A DNA stretch of 64,000 bases from Candidatus Thermosaccharophagus tengchongensis (GTDB lineage Bacteria > Armatimonadota > Fervidibacteria > Fervidibacterales > Thermosaccharophagaceae). Within the stretch, counting starts at the first letter, position 1; each line of letters starts with the position of its first letter. The position numbers and the translations under genes are program-made. The DNA lies in NCBI GenBank assembly GCA_032161105.1, contig JAVHTD010000004.1. One strand, given 5' to 3'. This document shows positions 40,020 through 50,304 of this stretch, in pieces. The notes under the pieces were generated by a model that was not told the DNA's origin, ran no database searches, and saw only the letters and a program-made list of their open reading frames with translations.

Positions 40020-40631
40020 TCACATCTTCTGGCGCATCATTTTGGACAACTCATCCTTCAGCGCGAGCCTCGCCCTATTTAGCCTTGATTTAACCGTGCC
40101 AATTGGGACTCCAAGCACATTGGCAGCCTCTTCGTAGCTCAAGCCCTCCAAATCGCACAGCACGATCACGAGGCGCATATTCGTCGGAAGACGGTGAATG
40201 GCTGTCCACACGAGCTCCTTCAAGTCACCCCGTTCGGCAACCTCTTCGGGCGATGGAGAAGGATCTTGCACTGCAAACGCTTCGCTTCGTTCCTCCTCAG
40301 TTAAGGATGACATCGGTGTCTCCCGTCTCCTGCGAAGGTGCTCAAGACACACATTCACTGAAATGCGATAAATCCAAGTGCCCAAAGTTGAGCCCTTGCG
40401 GAAGCGCTTCAACCCCTCAAAAACTTTGATGAAGACTTCCTGCGTCACATCTGCGGCATCATCGTGGTTGCCAAGCATACGGTATACCATCCCGTAAACT
40501 CGCCCGTGAAAAAGCTCAATCAACTTGCGCCACGCCCATTCATCGCCCTGCAGACATGCCTCAATGAGCCTTCCCTCATGCGACCCACTGTCATAGGCGC
40601 AATAAGCTTCCCCATCTGATGCGTGATACAT
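40020..40631 (-). CDS. ECF RNA polymerase sigma-70 factor
   Basis: DAADVTQEVF, TWIYRI, LSYEEAA...GTVKSRLNRAR; start uncertain. Confidence 0.93.
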   Translation of the reverse strand: MYHASDGEAYCAYDSGSHEGRLIEACLQGDEWAWRKLIELFHGRVYGMVYRMLGNHDDAADVTQEVFIKVFEGLKRFRKGSTLGTWIYRISVNVCLEHLRRRRETPMSSLTEEERSEAFAVQDPSPSPEEVAERGDLKELVWTAIHRLPTNMRLVIVLCDLEGLSYEEAANVLGVPIGTVKSRLNRARLALKDELSKMMRQKM

Positions 40632-40774
40632 GCCCTTACCAACGGCACTATCACTGTTGTGCTTCGTGCCACCTTGCATTCCGTGTGCAGGTATTGAGCT
40701 ATCGCGACCCGCATGCTTTGCCATAAAAATGGGACACCCTCCAAAGTGCCGCCTTTTCGGGCGCGCTTTTGGCG

Positions 40775-42430
40775 TCAAAGCATCTCCTCGCGCACGAGCC
40801 TCCCGTTGACATATACCCTTATGACCACTCTTGCACCCCTTCCCATGACTGTGCGAGTCACAACATCACCGGGGACATGTTCACCTTTGTAAGCCAATCG
40901 CTTGCCATCCTCATCAATGACCTCAATCTCAACCGTTTGGAGCAACTCACCTTTGCCCACGCTGACAGTAACTCTCGCTGCTTTATATCCAGGCTTGGGC
41001 GTTTGCTCCTCCACCTGCGGTGGACGCCCAGAGCTAACCACAAGCTGCACAATACCTCCCTTTGGAAGACGATACCCATGTGGCGGTTGCTGACCGACTA
41101 TACGCCCCTCGGCGACAATCTCACTGTATGTCTTTGCAATCACCCTCGGAACCAATCCCTCAGAGCTAATCCTCTGCTCAGCTTCCTCAGCTGGTAGGTC
41201 AAGGACATTCGGCACAGCAACTTCCTCAGGACCGCTGCTCACAACGACATCAATGACCCTCCCACGCCGAACAAGCTTCCCCGGCTCAACACCAATCATT
41301 GAGATGACATGGTTTGCTGGGATATCGGAGCTATACTCAGTCTGCGCCACACGAAGATGCAATCCAACCTCTGCCATCTTCTGCTGAGCCTCAAGTAATG
41401 GCATCCCCGTCACATCGGGCACACTCACCTCTGGTGATGGTGTCCCCACAAGGAGCCACCATATGATGAGCGCAAGCAGGAACATGCCAATGATTGAACC
41501 CGCTATAGTTATCAAAGCCCTACTGAGCAAACTGACACCCATTGGTTGTCGCTCCTCAGCCTGCATCTCCGCCCGAACGGATATCGGCTGGACGGATACG
41601 CTCACTTGGTCAAGCGCTGAGATAGCCTCCCTTAAAGCGCTCCCCATCTCCTGAGCCGAAGAGAAGCGCTTCTCGCGATCCTTCTCAAGCGCACGCAGTA
41701 TTGCCCTCTCCACAACCCTTGGGACAGCCGGATTTAGGTCACTTGGCAGCGGCGGCGGTGTGCTCAGGTGCATCGTGGCTATGTCAGTCATTGAACCACC
41801 GCGAAACGGTAACACGCCGGTGACCGATTGAAAGAGCACGATCCCAAGCGAGTATATGTCGCCGGCTGGCTCCACAATGTCTTCCTCAAACCTTTCGGGA
41901 GGTAGGTAGTAGATTGCCCTTCTGACCCACTCAGCTTCAAGGAGCTTCTCGGAAGCTATCACTTCGTGGAGGGCATAATCAATCAACTTAACTTCGCCAC
42001 GGTGCGTTACGAGTATGTGTTCCGGACGCAGGTCACCATGTGTGATGCCGAGTTCATGCAACTGCTCAAGTGCATCGCATATCTGTATTCCCACCCTGAG
42101 TGCTTGCGTTACCGGTATGATGGCACGCCTTTGGAGGATGGCGGCGAGGCTCTCTCCGGGGACATACTCGCACGAGAGGTAAAGGGTGCTATCAGCCTCA
42201 CCAACGCTGAGGTAGCGAACCAAGTTTGGGTGCAGTATGTTCAAGCTTGGCTCAACGCATTCCCTGAAGCGTTCCCTGAACTGTTGACTCCTCGCCCACG
42301 CCTCATGAACCACCTTCAGGGCAACAATACTCCCGGTCAACCTGTCTCTCACTTTATAAACGGAGAAGAGCACACCGCTGCCCATCTCTTCTATGAACTG
42401 GTAACGGTAACTGAGCACTTGTTCTACCAT
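40775..42430 (-). CDS. PknB-like Ser/Thr kinase-fold protein with TM and two PASTA domains; degenerate catalytic motifs
   Basis: VALKV, HPNLV, HGDLRPEH, DYA, YLPPE, DIYSLG; VPDVTG and VPNVLD PASTA starts. Confidence 0.88.
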   Translation of the reverse strand: MVEQVLSYRYQFIEEMGSGVLFSVYKVRDRLTGSIVALKVVHEAWARSQQFRERFRECVEPSLNILHPNLVRYLSVGEADSTLYLSCEYVPGESLAAILQRRAIIPVTQALRVGIQICDALEQLHELGITHGDLRPEHILVTHRGEVKLIDYALHEVIASEKLLEAEWVRRAIYYLPPERFEEDIVEPAGDIYSLGIVLFQSVTGVLPFRGGSMTDIATMHLSTPPPLPSDLNPAVPRVVERAILRALEKDREKRFSSAQEMGSALREAISALDQVSVSVQPISVRAEMQAEERQPMGVSLLSRALITIAGSIIGMFLLALIIWWLLVGTPSPEVSVPDVTGMPLLEAQQKMAEVGLHLRVAQTEYSSDIPANHVISMIGVEPGKLVRRGRVIDVVVSSGPEEVAVPNVLDLPAEEAEQRISSEGLVPRVIAKTYSEIVAEGRIVGQQPPHGYRLPKGGIVQLVVSSGRPPQVEEQTPKPGYKAARVTVSVGKGELLQTVEIEVIDEDGKRLAYKGEHVPGDVVTRTVMGRGARVVIRVYVNGRLVREEML

Positions 42431-42445
42431 GCAATGTCTGCACCT

Positions 42446-42994
42446 CTACGCGAGGAGCTGGCTGAGCTGCTTGCGTTGGCTTGCTCCCACACTGAATTTT
42501 GAGTGCAACCTTTCAACCGTTAGGATCACAAGCGGCGCAATTGAAACTGCATAGGCAGTTTCAACGAGAGCCACTGCGACGGCTGATATATCCAGTTTGC
42601 CAAACGAGATTAGAAGCTGCGGGGCTGTCATCAGCATTGTCACCTCGCACACAGCTGAGCCGACGAGAGCGCATAGGAATGGCATAAGCCAATGTTCATG
42701 GAGCACATACTCCCTTGCCCAACCGGCTGAGAAGCCAGCTGCGAGCCTGCTCATCCCATATTGCCCATGATAAGCGCCGACAAGACTCCCTTGAAACAGC
42801 CCAAGCATTAAGCCCACAATAGCCCCATTCAAGCTGCCCTTGCGCAAGCCCACACAAATGCATGTGATTATGAAAAGGTCTGGCACAACGCAATGCCAGT
42901 CATATCTGACTTTCGGTAACACGCCGACCGCCAAGGAGAAAAAGGCAGTCACAGCGAACGCCCAAAAGAGCATCACTTTAACTCCCCTTATCAT
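42446..42994 (-). CDS. mreD: Rod shape-determining protein MreD
   Basis: Hydrophobic, VVPDL...GLMLGLFQ; follows mreC. Confidence 0.8.
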   Translation of the reverse strand: MIRGVKVMLFWAFAVTAFFSLAVGVLPKVRYDWHCVVPDLFIITCICVGLRKGSLNGAIVGLMLGLFQGSLVGAYHGQYGMSRLAAGFSAGWAREYVLHEHWLMPFLCALVGSAVCEVTMLMTAPQLLISFGKLDISAVAVALVETAYAVSIAPLVILTVERLHSKFSVGASQRKQLSQLLA

Positions 42995-43836
42995 TTGACA
43001 TCCTTCCCCTGAGGAATGATGAACACCTCCTGCAAGCTCCCAAACTTAACGAATGGCTCAACAATGCCCTCAACAGTCTGGCTCGCCTCAATCTGATGGA
43101 CCCTAACCACCTTCCCCACAGGGATTCCCACCGGGTAAACTTCCCCGAGCCCGGATGTGACCAACTCATCGCCAGCTCTCAAATCGCCGTTTGAATCAAG
43201 CAGCCTCACCGAGCACTTTCCGTTGCCACAACCACGCACGAACCCTATTGCACCATTTCTTTTGACGCGCACACCGACACCACATCGCTTATCAACAACG
43301 AAGAGAACAACACAACTGCTTTGCGAGATGCGCATCACTTGCCCAACCAATCCGCTACACGCCACAACGACATCGCCGACGGAGACACCGTCTTTAGCGC
43401 CCCGATTCAACACGGCAGACGCGACCCAATTGGACGGGCTTACGGCGATCACCTCAGCAGCTATGTGAGCTTGCGGCAGCTTCGGCTCAAGCTGCAACAG
43501 GCGGCGCAGGCGGTAGTTCTCCGCCATGTAACGGCGCAGTTGCCTATTTTCGCTCTCAAGCTCAAAAATCCTCCTTCTGAGCTGCCTGTTCTCCCTCCTC
43601 AACTGATCAGCCTCATGAGATAGCCTGAATACCCCTCTCACCCTCTCAGCTGCATCAGAGAGGCGTCCGATAATCACCCCGATGGGCGCTGCGATTAGGA
43701 CGCCAATCTGCTCAACCTTTGTGACATAAGCTGAGGCACTCGGGCGCAGCCATAGCATCAAAGAGAGAGCCACACCAACTACTCCGCCGAGAAGGAAGAA
43801 ACGGGATAGGCGGCGTTTTGGTGCTGCCGTCTCCAT
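42991..43836 (-). CDS. mreC: Rod shape-determining protein MreC
   Basis: Coiled coil (ENYRLRRLL), LNRGAKDGV, VTSGLGEVYPVGIPVG. Confidence 0.93.
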   Translation of the reverse strand: METAAPKRRLSRFFLLGGVVGVALSLMLWLRPSASAYVTKVEQIGVLIAAPIGVIIGRLSDAAERVRGVFRLSHEADQLRRENRQLRRRIFELESENRQLRRYMAENYRLRRLLQLEPKLPQAHIAAEVIAVSPSNWVASAVLNRGAKDGVSVGDVVVACSGLVGQVMRISQSSCVVLFVVDKRCGVGVRVKRNGAIGFVRGCGNGKCSVRLLDSNGDLRAGDELVTSGLGEVYPVGIPVGKVVRVHQIEASQTVEGIVEPFVKFGSLQEVFIIPQGKDVK

Positions 43837-43915
43837 CTGTGGTCACCCTCAAGCGATGAGAAAGGGAAGCCAAAATGCAAATGGGCAACGCTTGTGGATT
43901 GACATGAGCGAAGGT

Positions 43916-44953
43916 CTATGGTCTGCTCCCATCCAAGATGCGCTTTATGTAGGTATCCCACTCTTCAACAGCCCTCCCAGCACCCATGACGACACAAGTC
44001 AACGGGTCGTCAGCAATCCTTGTAGGGATGCCGGTATCGGCTGATATGAGCTTATCAATGCCTCGCAGCAATGCACCGCCACCGCAAAGCACTATGCCCC
44101 TTTCCATGACATCAGCTGCGAGTTCTGGTGGTGTGTGTTCAAGCGTAGCCTTCACAGCTTCAACAATTTGATAGACTGGCTCTGAGATGGCTTCCCTAAT
44201 CTCCTCGCTCCTCAAAACGATGCTCTTTGGAAGCCCAGAGACAAGATCCCTCCCGCGAACTTGCATGCTCAGCTCCTTCTCAAGCGGGAAGGCTGAACCA
44301 ATCCGTATCTTGATTTCTTCGGCTGTGTGCTCTCCGATGAGCAAGTTGTATGTATGGCGAACATACGACATTATCGCCTCATCAATTTCGTCGCCAGCTA
44401 TCCTTATCGGGTTCGCCGTCACTATTCCGCCGAGCGATATCACGGCTGCTTCAGTTGTGCCGCCGCCGATGTCAACAATCATGCTCCCAATCGGCTCGCT
44501 AACTGGCAACCCGGCACCTATAGCAGCAGCCATCGGCTCTTCAATTATGCAGGCTTCCGCAGCGCCAGCTTCAATTGCAGCCTCCTTGACAGCGCGCCTT
44601 TCAACCTCTGTGGCAACCGAAGGTATGCCAATGACGACCCTCGGTGAAATGAAGCTGCTGCGCCTATGAACCTTTCTCATGAAGTAGCTGAGCATCTTCA
44701 AAGCCGTATCGTAATCGGCTATCGTGCCATCCTTAACGGGGCGCTTGGCGACTATGTGCCCCGGAGTCCTACCAACCATACGCTTTGCTTCCTCACCAAC
44801 TGCCCTTATCTCACCGGTCTCCAAGTCCTCGGCAATCACCGATGGCTCCCTGATTAAGATTCCACGCCCACGAACATACACGAGCGTTGTTGCAGTCCCA
44901 AGGTCAATCCCCATATCGCATGAAAAGCGCCTTAGCAATGCCCTCCAAAACAT
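43916..44953 (-). CDS. mreB: Rod shape-determining protein MreB
   Basis: GIDLGT, EPMAAAIGAG, DIGGGTTE, GGGALL. Confidence 0.97.
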   Translation of the reverse strand: MFWRALLRRFSCDMGIDLGTATTLVYVRGRGILIREPSVIAEDLETGEIRAVGEEAKRMVGRTPGHIVAKRPVKDGTIADYDTALKMLSYFMRKVHRRSSFISPRVVIGIPSVATEVERRAVKEAAIEAGAAEACIIEEPMAAAIGAGLPVSEPIGSMIVDIGGGTTEAAVISLGGIVTANPIRIAGDEIDEAIMSYVRHTYNLLIGEHTAEEIKIRIGSAFPLEKELSMQVRGRDLVSGLPKSIVLRSEEIREAISEPVYQIVEAVKATLEHTPPELAADVMERGIVLCGGGALLRGIDKLISADTGIPTRIADDPLTCVVMGAGRAVEEWDTYIKRILDGSRP

Positions 44954-45102
44954 GTTCCTCTCCTCCCATCATCGTCCTCCGTCAATGCGCTATCAACCAT
45001 CAGATACAAAGTTTAGCAGCGCACTGCAAAGGTCTGTAATGTCACATGCAGCTGCAGAATGAGCTGCATCAACTTCCATCTTCACCACGCCTGCTTCAAC
45101 TT

Positions 45103-45798
45103 TCAAATCTTGCCTCGCTCGCGAAGGCTCACAAACACCCCATCACCAATGATGATATGGTCAAGCACATTTATTCCGAGCAGCTTGCCCGCCTCTATGA
45201 GCTGCTTGCTCAATTCAATGTCGCAATCGCTCGGCTGCGGATCGCCACTTGGATGGTTGTGCACGAATATAACGCTCACGGCGCTTTGCCTTATCGCCTC
45301 CTTAAAACACTCCCTCGGATGGGCAAGCGATGCATCCGCCGTCCCAACCGAGACTATTGGGGCACCGAGCACCCTGTTTTTGGCATCCAAAAGGACGATG
45401 CGCAGCACTTCCCTGTCAAGATAACGCATCTCTGACATGAGCAGCTGAGCCACATCTTGAGGCGACTTTATGACTGGACGCTCACTTGGGGCGCCGGTGA
45501 AAGCCCTCCTTCCGAGCTCAAGCGCTGCCTTGATTTGGACAGCCTTCGTCTTGCCCACACCCTTAACTTTGCACAATTCCTCAATCCCGGCGGAGTGTAA
45601 TTGGCGCAAGCCGCCAAACTGCACAAGGAGGCGCTGCGCAAGCTCAAGGGCTGTCTCACGGCTTGTTCCTGTGCGAAGGATTATGGCGAGCAATTCAGCA
45701 TCTGAGAGAGCAGGCGCACCATCGCGCATTAGACGCTCCCTCGGACGGAGTTCCTTTGGCATATCCTTGAGCGTATAACGCGCCTTGCCACCGCCCAT
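45103..45798 (-). CDS. radC: RadC family JAB-domain protein
   Basis: RPRERL, LSDAELLAI, HNHPSGDPQPSDCD, VLDHIIIG. Confidence 0.95.
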   Translation of the reverse strand: MGGGKARYTLKDMPKELRPRERLMRDGAPALSDAELLAIILRTGTSRETALELAQRLLVQFGGLRQLHSAGIEELCKVKGVGKTKAVQIKAALELGRRAFTGAPSERPVIKSPQDVAQLLMSEMRYLDREVLRIVLLDAKNRVLGAPIVSVGTADASLAHPRECFKEAIRQSAVSVIFVHNHPSGDPQPSDCDIELSKQLIEAGKLLGINVLDHIIIGDGVFVSLRERGKI

Positions 45799-46010
45799 AA
45801 CCGTTCACCGCCCCAAATGATGCAAGCCAACATGGGTAAAACATAAGCGGCTGAGCAAACACAAGCCCTGAAACATCGCCATTGGGCTGCAGATGTAATT
45901 TTACTGCAGCTTGATGTGCACTGCAGGTGATGGGGACGATGGTGAAGACGGTGTAGCATTCAACCGCTGGCTGTGCGCCATAATGTGTAGCGATTGCTAA
46001 CGGAGTTGAG

Positions 46011-47039
46011 GTGAGGCAGTTGAGCGATCGGCATCTTGCCAGCACACTTGATGATGAATTGAGAGCCGTTGAGAGATTGCGCGAGGCAAGGGAAGCAATA
46101 CTTGGCGAGATACGGAAGGTCATCGTTGGGCAGGACGAAGTCATTGAACTCGTCCTCATTGCCCTATTCTCACAGGGTCATTGCCTCCTCATCGGCGTCC
46201 CCGGGCTGGCAAAGACTTTGCTCGTAAACAGCGTAGCGAAGGTGCTTGACCTATCATTCAAGCGGATACAATTCACACCGGACTTGATGCCGGCGGACAT
46301 AATCGGAACCGACATACTTCAGGAAGACGCGCAGACCGGCAGGCGCATATTTGAGTTCGTGAAAGGTCCGATATTTGCTAACATCATCCTCGCCGATGAA
46401 ATAAACCGTGCGCCACCGAAGACGCAATCGGCTCTGCTTGAGGCAATGCAAGAATACCGAGTGACAGCTGGCGGAAGAACTTACGAGCTCCCACTGCCGT
46501 TCTTCGTCCTCGCCACACAAAATCCGATAGAGCTTGAGGGGACTTATCCGCTGCCCGAAGCACAACTTGATAGGTTCATGTTTGCGATCACGCTTGACTA
46601 CCCATCTCACGATGAGGAAAAGGAGATTGTGCGCCTGACGACATCGCTGAGGAACCAAACGATTAACCCTGTGATGGGGGCAAAGGAAATACTTGAAGTG
46701 CAAGCACTCGTGCGCGGCGTGCCAGCTACCGAAAGCGTGATTGATTATGCAACACGGCTGGTCAGAAGCACACGCCCTCAGGATGAGCTCGCACCAAAGT
46801 TCGTCAAGCAATGGATCAGCTGGGGCGCTGGACCAAGAGCCTCGCAGTTCCTTATACTTGGAGCAAAGGCGAGGGCTATAACGATGGGAAGGTATGCGGC
46901 ATCGGTTGAAGATGTGAAGGCAATAGCACATCCAGTCTTGAGGCACAGGATCGTTCTGAGCTACTCCGCAGAGGCTGACGGAGTGACTGCTGACCAAATC
47001 ATCTCAAAGCTCATTCAACATGTCCCGGAGCCAAAGTGA
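46011..47039 (+). CDS. MoxR-family AAA ATPase
   Basis: GVPGLAKT, RIQFTPDLMP, DEINRAPPKTQSALLE, GTYPLPEAQLDRF. Confidence 0.95.
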   Translation: MRQLSDRHLASTLDDELRAVERLREAREAILGEIRKVIVGQDEVIELVLIALFSQGHCLLIGVPGLAKTLLVNSVAKVLDLSFKRIQFTPDLMPADIIGTDILQEDAQTGRRIFEFVKGPIFANIILADEINRAPPKTQSALLEAMQEYRVTAGGRTYELPLPFFVLATQNPIELEGTYPLPEAQLDRFMFAITLDYPSHDEEKEIVRLTTSLRNQTINPVMGAKEILEVQALVRGVPATESVIDYATRLVRSTRPQDELAPKFVKQWISWGAGPRASQFLILGAKARAITMGRYAASVEDVKAIAHPVLRHRIVLSYSAEADGVTADQIISKLIQHVPEPK

Positions 47040-47119
47040 CGATCTTAAAACAGGATGCCGATTGCCACCCGACCAAAAATCCCGATGGCGTTGCCGCTGT
47101 GTGCCCATTGAGGGACGGC

Positions 47120-48727
47120 TCATTGCTCATCCTCGCCGTTAAAGATGAGCTTGCGCACATCAATCAACTGCCCACTTGAAGGCTGAGGAGGTTGCTCAGG
47201 TTGCCGACCCACATGCGATTTGGAGGGCGCTTTTGAATTCGTCTTGCTGCCCCGCGGCATTGACTCGCCTCTCATTGATGGTTCGGATCTTAAGTTCATA
47301 GCGCCGACCTTAATGATCGTCGGCTGCGGTGGATATGTATCCTCATGGACTAACTCCTTGCGAACGAGCTTGCCATCCAAATATGTCAATCGCCATGTGG
47401 CTGTGACATATCCGCAGCGACCAAACTGCTCAACTCGCCTCTCACCAACGGGTAACGACGGATCCGCCTTTGATACAGTTGGTGGCGGAATAACCCTCAT
47501 CAACTCACTGCGCACTTCATGCCGCACACCGATGCGCTTTCCGAGAATTAACACCGTCAGCTTCCCACCAATGGCACTTGCCTTTATGCAAACTGGGTAA
47601 GGATACGGGTTGCGCAGCTTGAGGTCAAGGCGCCCATAGTCAACTGTGGCATCCATCCCAGCTGGCAAGTAGCCAATCGGGCGGCTGTGGTGATGCCTCT
47701 CCACAATCTCCAAACCAGCGCGCAATGCTGCATTGAACAGCGTCCCAGACACCTGACACACGCCACCACCAATGTCATGCTCAAACCTCCCCTTAACAAG
47801 CACTGGTGCAACTTTGTAGCCCCTATCAAAGCACCTCGGACCCACAGCCTCGTTAAATGAAAACACCTCACCTTGGCGAATGAGCTTCCCGTCAATTGCC
47901 GATGCCGCAAGACGAATGTTGTGCGAGCGCGTTGCCTTGCGAGTGCTGTAGTAGGTGGTGGACTTTCCAATGATGGCGTCTATGTGAGCCACATCCTCAG
48001 TTGAAACTCTCGGTGGCACTGGCGTGACGAAGATGGGCAGCTCACGCTCTATGAAAGCGCCCGTCTCAACAAGCCACCTCCATAAGCGCAGCGTCATCTC
48101 CTCCTCGCCCTCACCAAAACGAACCCCATAAGAGCTGCCAATGATTTTCGGTCGCTCACCAATGAGCATCACCTTGGCGTCCTTTGGCGGGCGCTCCATC
48201 ATTTGTCCAAGTCGCCTTATCAAACGCATTGCAACATCGCCATCCAACACATACTTTGGTGGGACTTCAAAGCCGTGCACTCTCGCCCGCAGGCGCTCAC
48301 GCAGCCGACATGTAAAGCCGCCGCGCCGACCATACTCATATGCGGTTTTGACGACCCAATCAACATCAAATCGGATGCCGACTGAGCGCGCTTCATATTC
48401 CCATGAGGCTTGGCAATGATTGCCTTCGGTCATCCTCACCACTATGCGAACCCTGCTTTGCCCTATGCGCCTCGCAAAGGATTGATGTAGCTTCCTTCTC
48501 GCCCGCTCCGGCGTCATGCCGCTTAGATCGCAACCGGTGAAATCACAAAGCGGGGAGAAGCCAATCCCGCGAATGATTCTCCCATCATCCCGGTAGGCGA
48601 AGGAGAGCGCCAGAATAACAAGAGCTGATGCGGCGACCGATGATGCGGCAATCACGAGCAAGCGCATGTTAAAGCGCCCCAACCTTTGACTCACATCGCC
48701 GGTCATCCCGCCATCCGAATGCACCAT
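47120..48727 (-). CDS. VanW-family protein with G5 domain
   Basis: RSHNIRLAA, FSFNEAVG, GGGVCQVSGTL, DATVDYG; G5-like C-terminus. Confidence 0.88.
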   Translation of the reverse strand: MVHSDGGMTGDVSQRLGRFNMRLLVIAASSVAASALVILALSFAYRDDGRIIRGIGFSPLCDFTGCDLSGMTPERARRKLHQSFARRIGQSRVRIVVRMTEGNHCQASWEYEARSVGIRFDVDWVVKTAYEYGRRGGFTCRLRERLRARVHGFEVPPKYVLDGDVAMRLIRRLGQMMERPPKDAKVMLIGERPKIIGSSYGVRFGEGEEEMTLRLWRWLVETGAFIERELPIFVTPVPPRVSTEDVAHIDAIIGKSTTYYSTRKATRSHNIRLAASAIDGKLIRQGEVFSFNEAVGPRCFDRGYKVAPVLVKGRFEHDIGGGVCQVSGTLFNAALRAGLEIVERHHHSRPIGYLPAGMDATVDYGRLDLKLRNPYPYPVCIKASAIGGKLTVLILGKRIGVRHEVRSELMRVIPPPTVSKADPSLPVGERRVEQFGRCGYVTATWRLTYLDGKLVRKELVHEDTYPPQPTIIKVGAMNLRSEPSMRGESMPRGSKTNSKAPSKSHVGRQPEQPPQPSSGQLIDVRKLIFNGEDEQ

Positions 48728-48759
48728 GGCATATCGCCTTCATCGCATCATGTGCGCAT

Positions 48760-50199
48760 TCATGTTGCCCTTCTCCATCTTGTGCCGGTTTGTGTATCCT
48801 CAAGGATGATCCCAAGCTGCTTCATGCGTTCCCTTATCATGTCGGCGAGTTCGTAATCCTTCCTTTGACGCAGCCTCTGCCTCACATCAATTAAAAGCTC
48901 AATCAGGCGCTCAGTCTCACCGACGCCGATTGCAACCTGTGGCACATCTATTCCGAGTATGCTCAGAGCCTCATTCACAGCGCCAATGCAATTTGCGATT
49001 TCCTCACGAACGGCGTCAGAGGGCGATGAGAGCTCACCGAATAGAGCATTTGCAACTTTAACGAACTCAAACAGCTCGCCAATGGCTTGCGCTGTGTTAA
49101 AGTCATCCTCCATCGCCTCATGGAATGAGCGCACAAATCGCTCACGCTCGTCACGGAGCTTATCCACGACTCCGCTTCCCCCCTCACCGCTTGAGGGAAG
49201 CCTCATTAACGAATTTGCGGCTGCCAAAAAATTCCCGACGCGCTCAAGTGCCGCCTTGGCTTGCTCAATGCGCTCATCGGTGTAATCCATCGGGCTCCTA
49301 TAGTGCACGCTCAAAAATGCAAGGCGCAATGCATCCTTACCGTGCTCCATCAATGCTTCCCTCAGCCGAACGAAGTTCCCGAGCGACTTCGCCATCTTCT
49401 TTCCGCCGACAGTCACAAGTCCGGAATGCACCCAATAGCGCACAAATGGGCTTTGCCCAGTGTAAGCCTCAGATTGCGCAATCTCGTTCTCGTGATGCGG
49501 GAAGACAAGGTCAAGTGCGCCACCGTGTATGTCAAAGCCACCACCGAGATACTTGAGCGACATAGCGCTGCACTCAATATGCCATCCCGGACGACCCTTC
49601 CCCCAAGGGCTATCCCAACATGGCTCGCCCTCCTTTGCGGCTTTCCAGAGGGCGAAGTCAAGCGGGTTTTTGAGGCGCTCATCAACTTCAACTCTCGCTC
49701 CAGCAATAAGTGAACTCAAGTCCTGCTTTGACAGCTGCCCATAGCGTGGAAACCTTGAAACATCAAAGTAGACATCGCCATTGACTTGGTAAGCATAGCC
49801 TTTCTCAATCAGAACGCGCACCATTTCAATTATCTCGGGGATGTGCTCCGTCACTCTCGGTTCAACATGCGGTTTTAGTAGCCCAAGCGCACGCATATCC
49901 TCTTCAGCTTCAGCAATCTGGCGTTGGACGAGTTCGCTCGGCGATATGCCAAGCTCCCTTGCACGGTTGATTATCTTGTCGTCAATGTCGGTGATGTTCT
50001 GCACATGGAAAACATGGTAGCCACGATGTTCCAAGTAGCGCCGTATGACATCAAATACCGTGAATGTCCTTGCGTGCCCAACATGAAGGGCATCATACGG
50101 CGTTATGCCGCACACATACATGTAGACCTTGCCCTCTTCCCTCGTCACAAACCTCTCCTTGGTTTGCGTAAGCGTGTTGTATATGAAGATGTCGCCCAT
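48760..50199 (-). CDS. cysS: Cysteine--tRNA ligase
   Basis: YVCGITPY, HVGH, GRPGWHIECS, FPHHENE, KMAKS; real start ATG 50199. Confidence 0.97.
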   Translation of the reverse strand: MGDIFIYNTLTQTKERFVTREEGKVYMYVCGITPYDALHVGHARTFTVFDVIRRYLEHRGYHVFHVQNITDIDDKIINRARELGISPSELVQRQIAEAEEDMRALGLLKPHVEPRVTEHIPEIIEMVRVLIEKGYAYQVNGDVYFDVSRFPRYGQLSKQDLSSLIAGARVEVDERLKNPLDFALWKAAKEGEPCWDSPWGKGRPGWHIECSAMSLKYLGGGFDIHGGALDLVFPHHENEIAQSEAYTGQSPFVRYWVHSGLVTVGGKKMAKSLGNFVRLREALMEHGKDALRLAFLSVHYRSPMDYTDERIEQAKAALERVGNFLAAANSLMRLPSSGEGGSGVVDKLRDERERFVRSFHEAMEDDFNTAQAIGELFEFVKVANALFGELSSPSDAVREEIANCIGAVNEALSILGIDVPQVAIGVGETERLIELLIDVRQRLRQRKDYELADMIRERMKQLGIILEDTQTGTRWRRAT

Positions 50200-50304
50200 A
50201 CCGTTGCATACCCCCAATGGCGCAAGTGATGGACATGTTCGTTCCGATGCATCATACTCATTTGGCGTGCAATGCATGTTCACATCAAAGCATGGTGCGC
50301 AGTT

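Noticed and set aside
40640..40775. c-di-GMP-I riboswitch upstream of the ECF sigma
   Set aside because: A GC-rich hairpin and a GCAAAGC are present, but the GEMM P1/P2 architecture does not fit.
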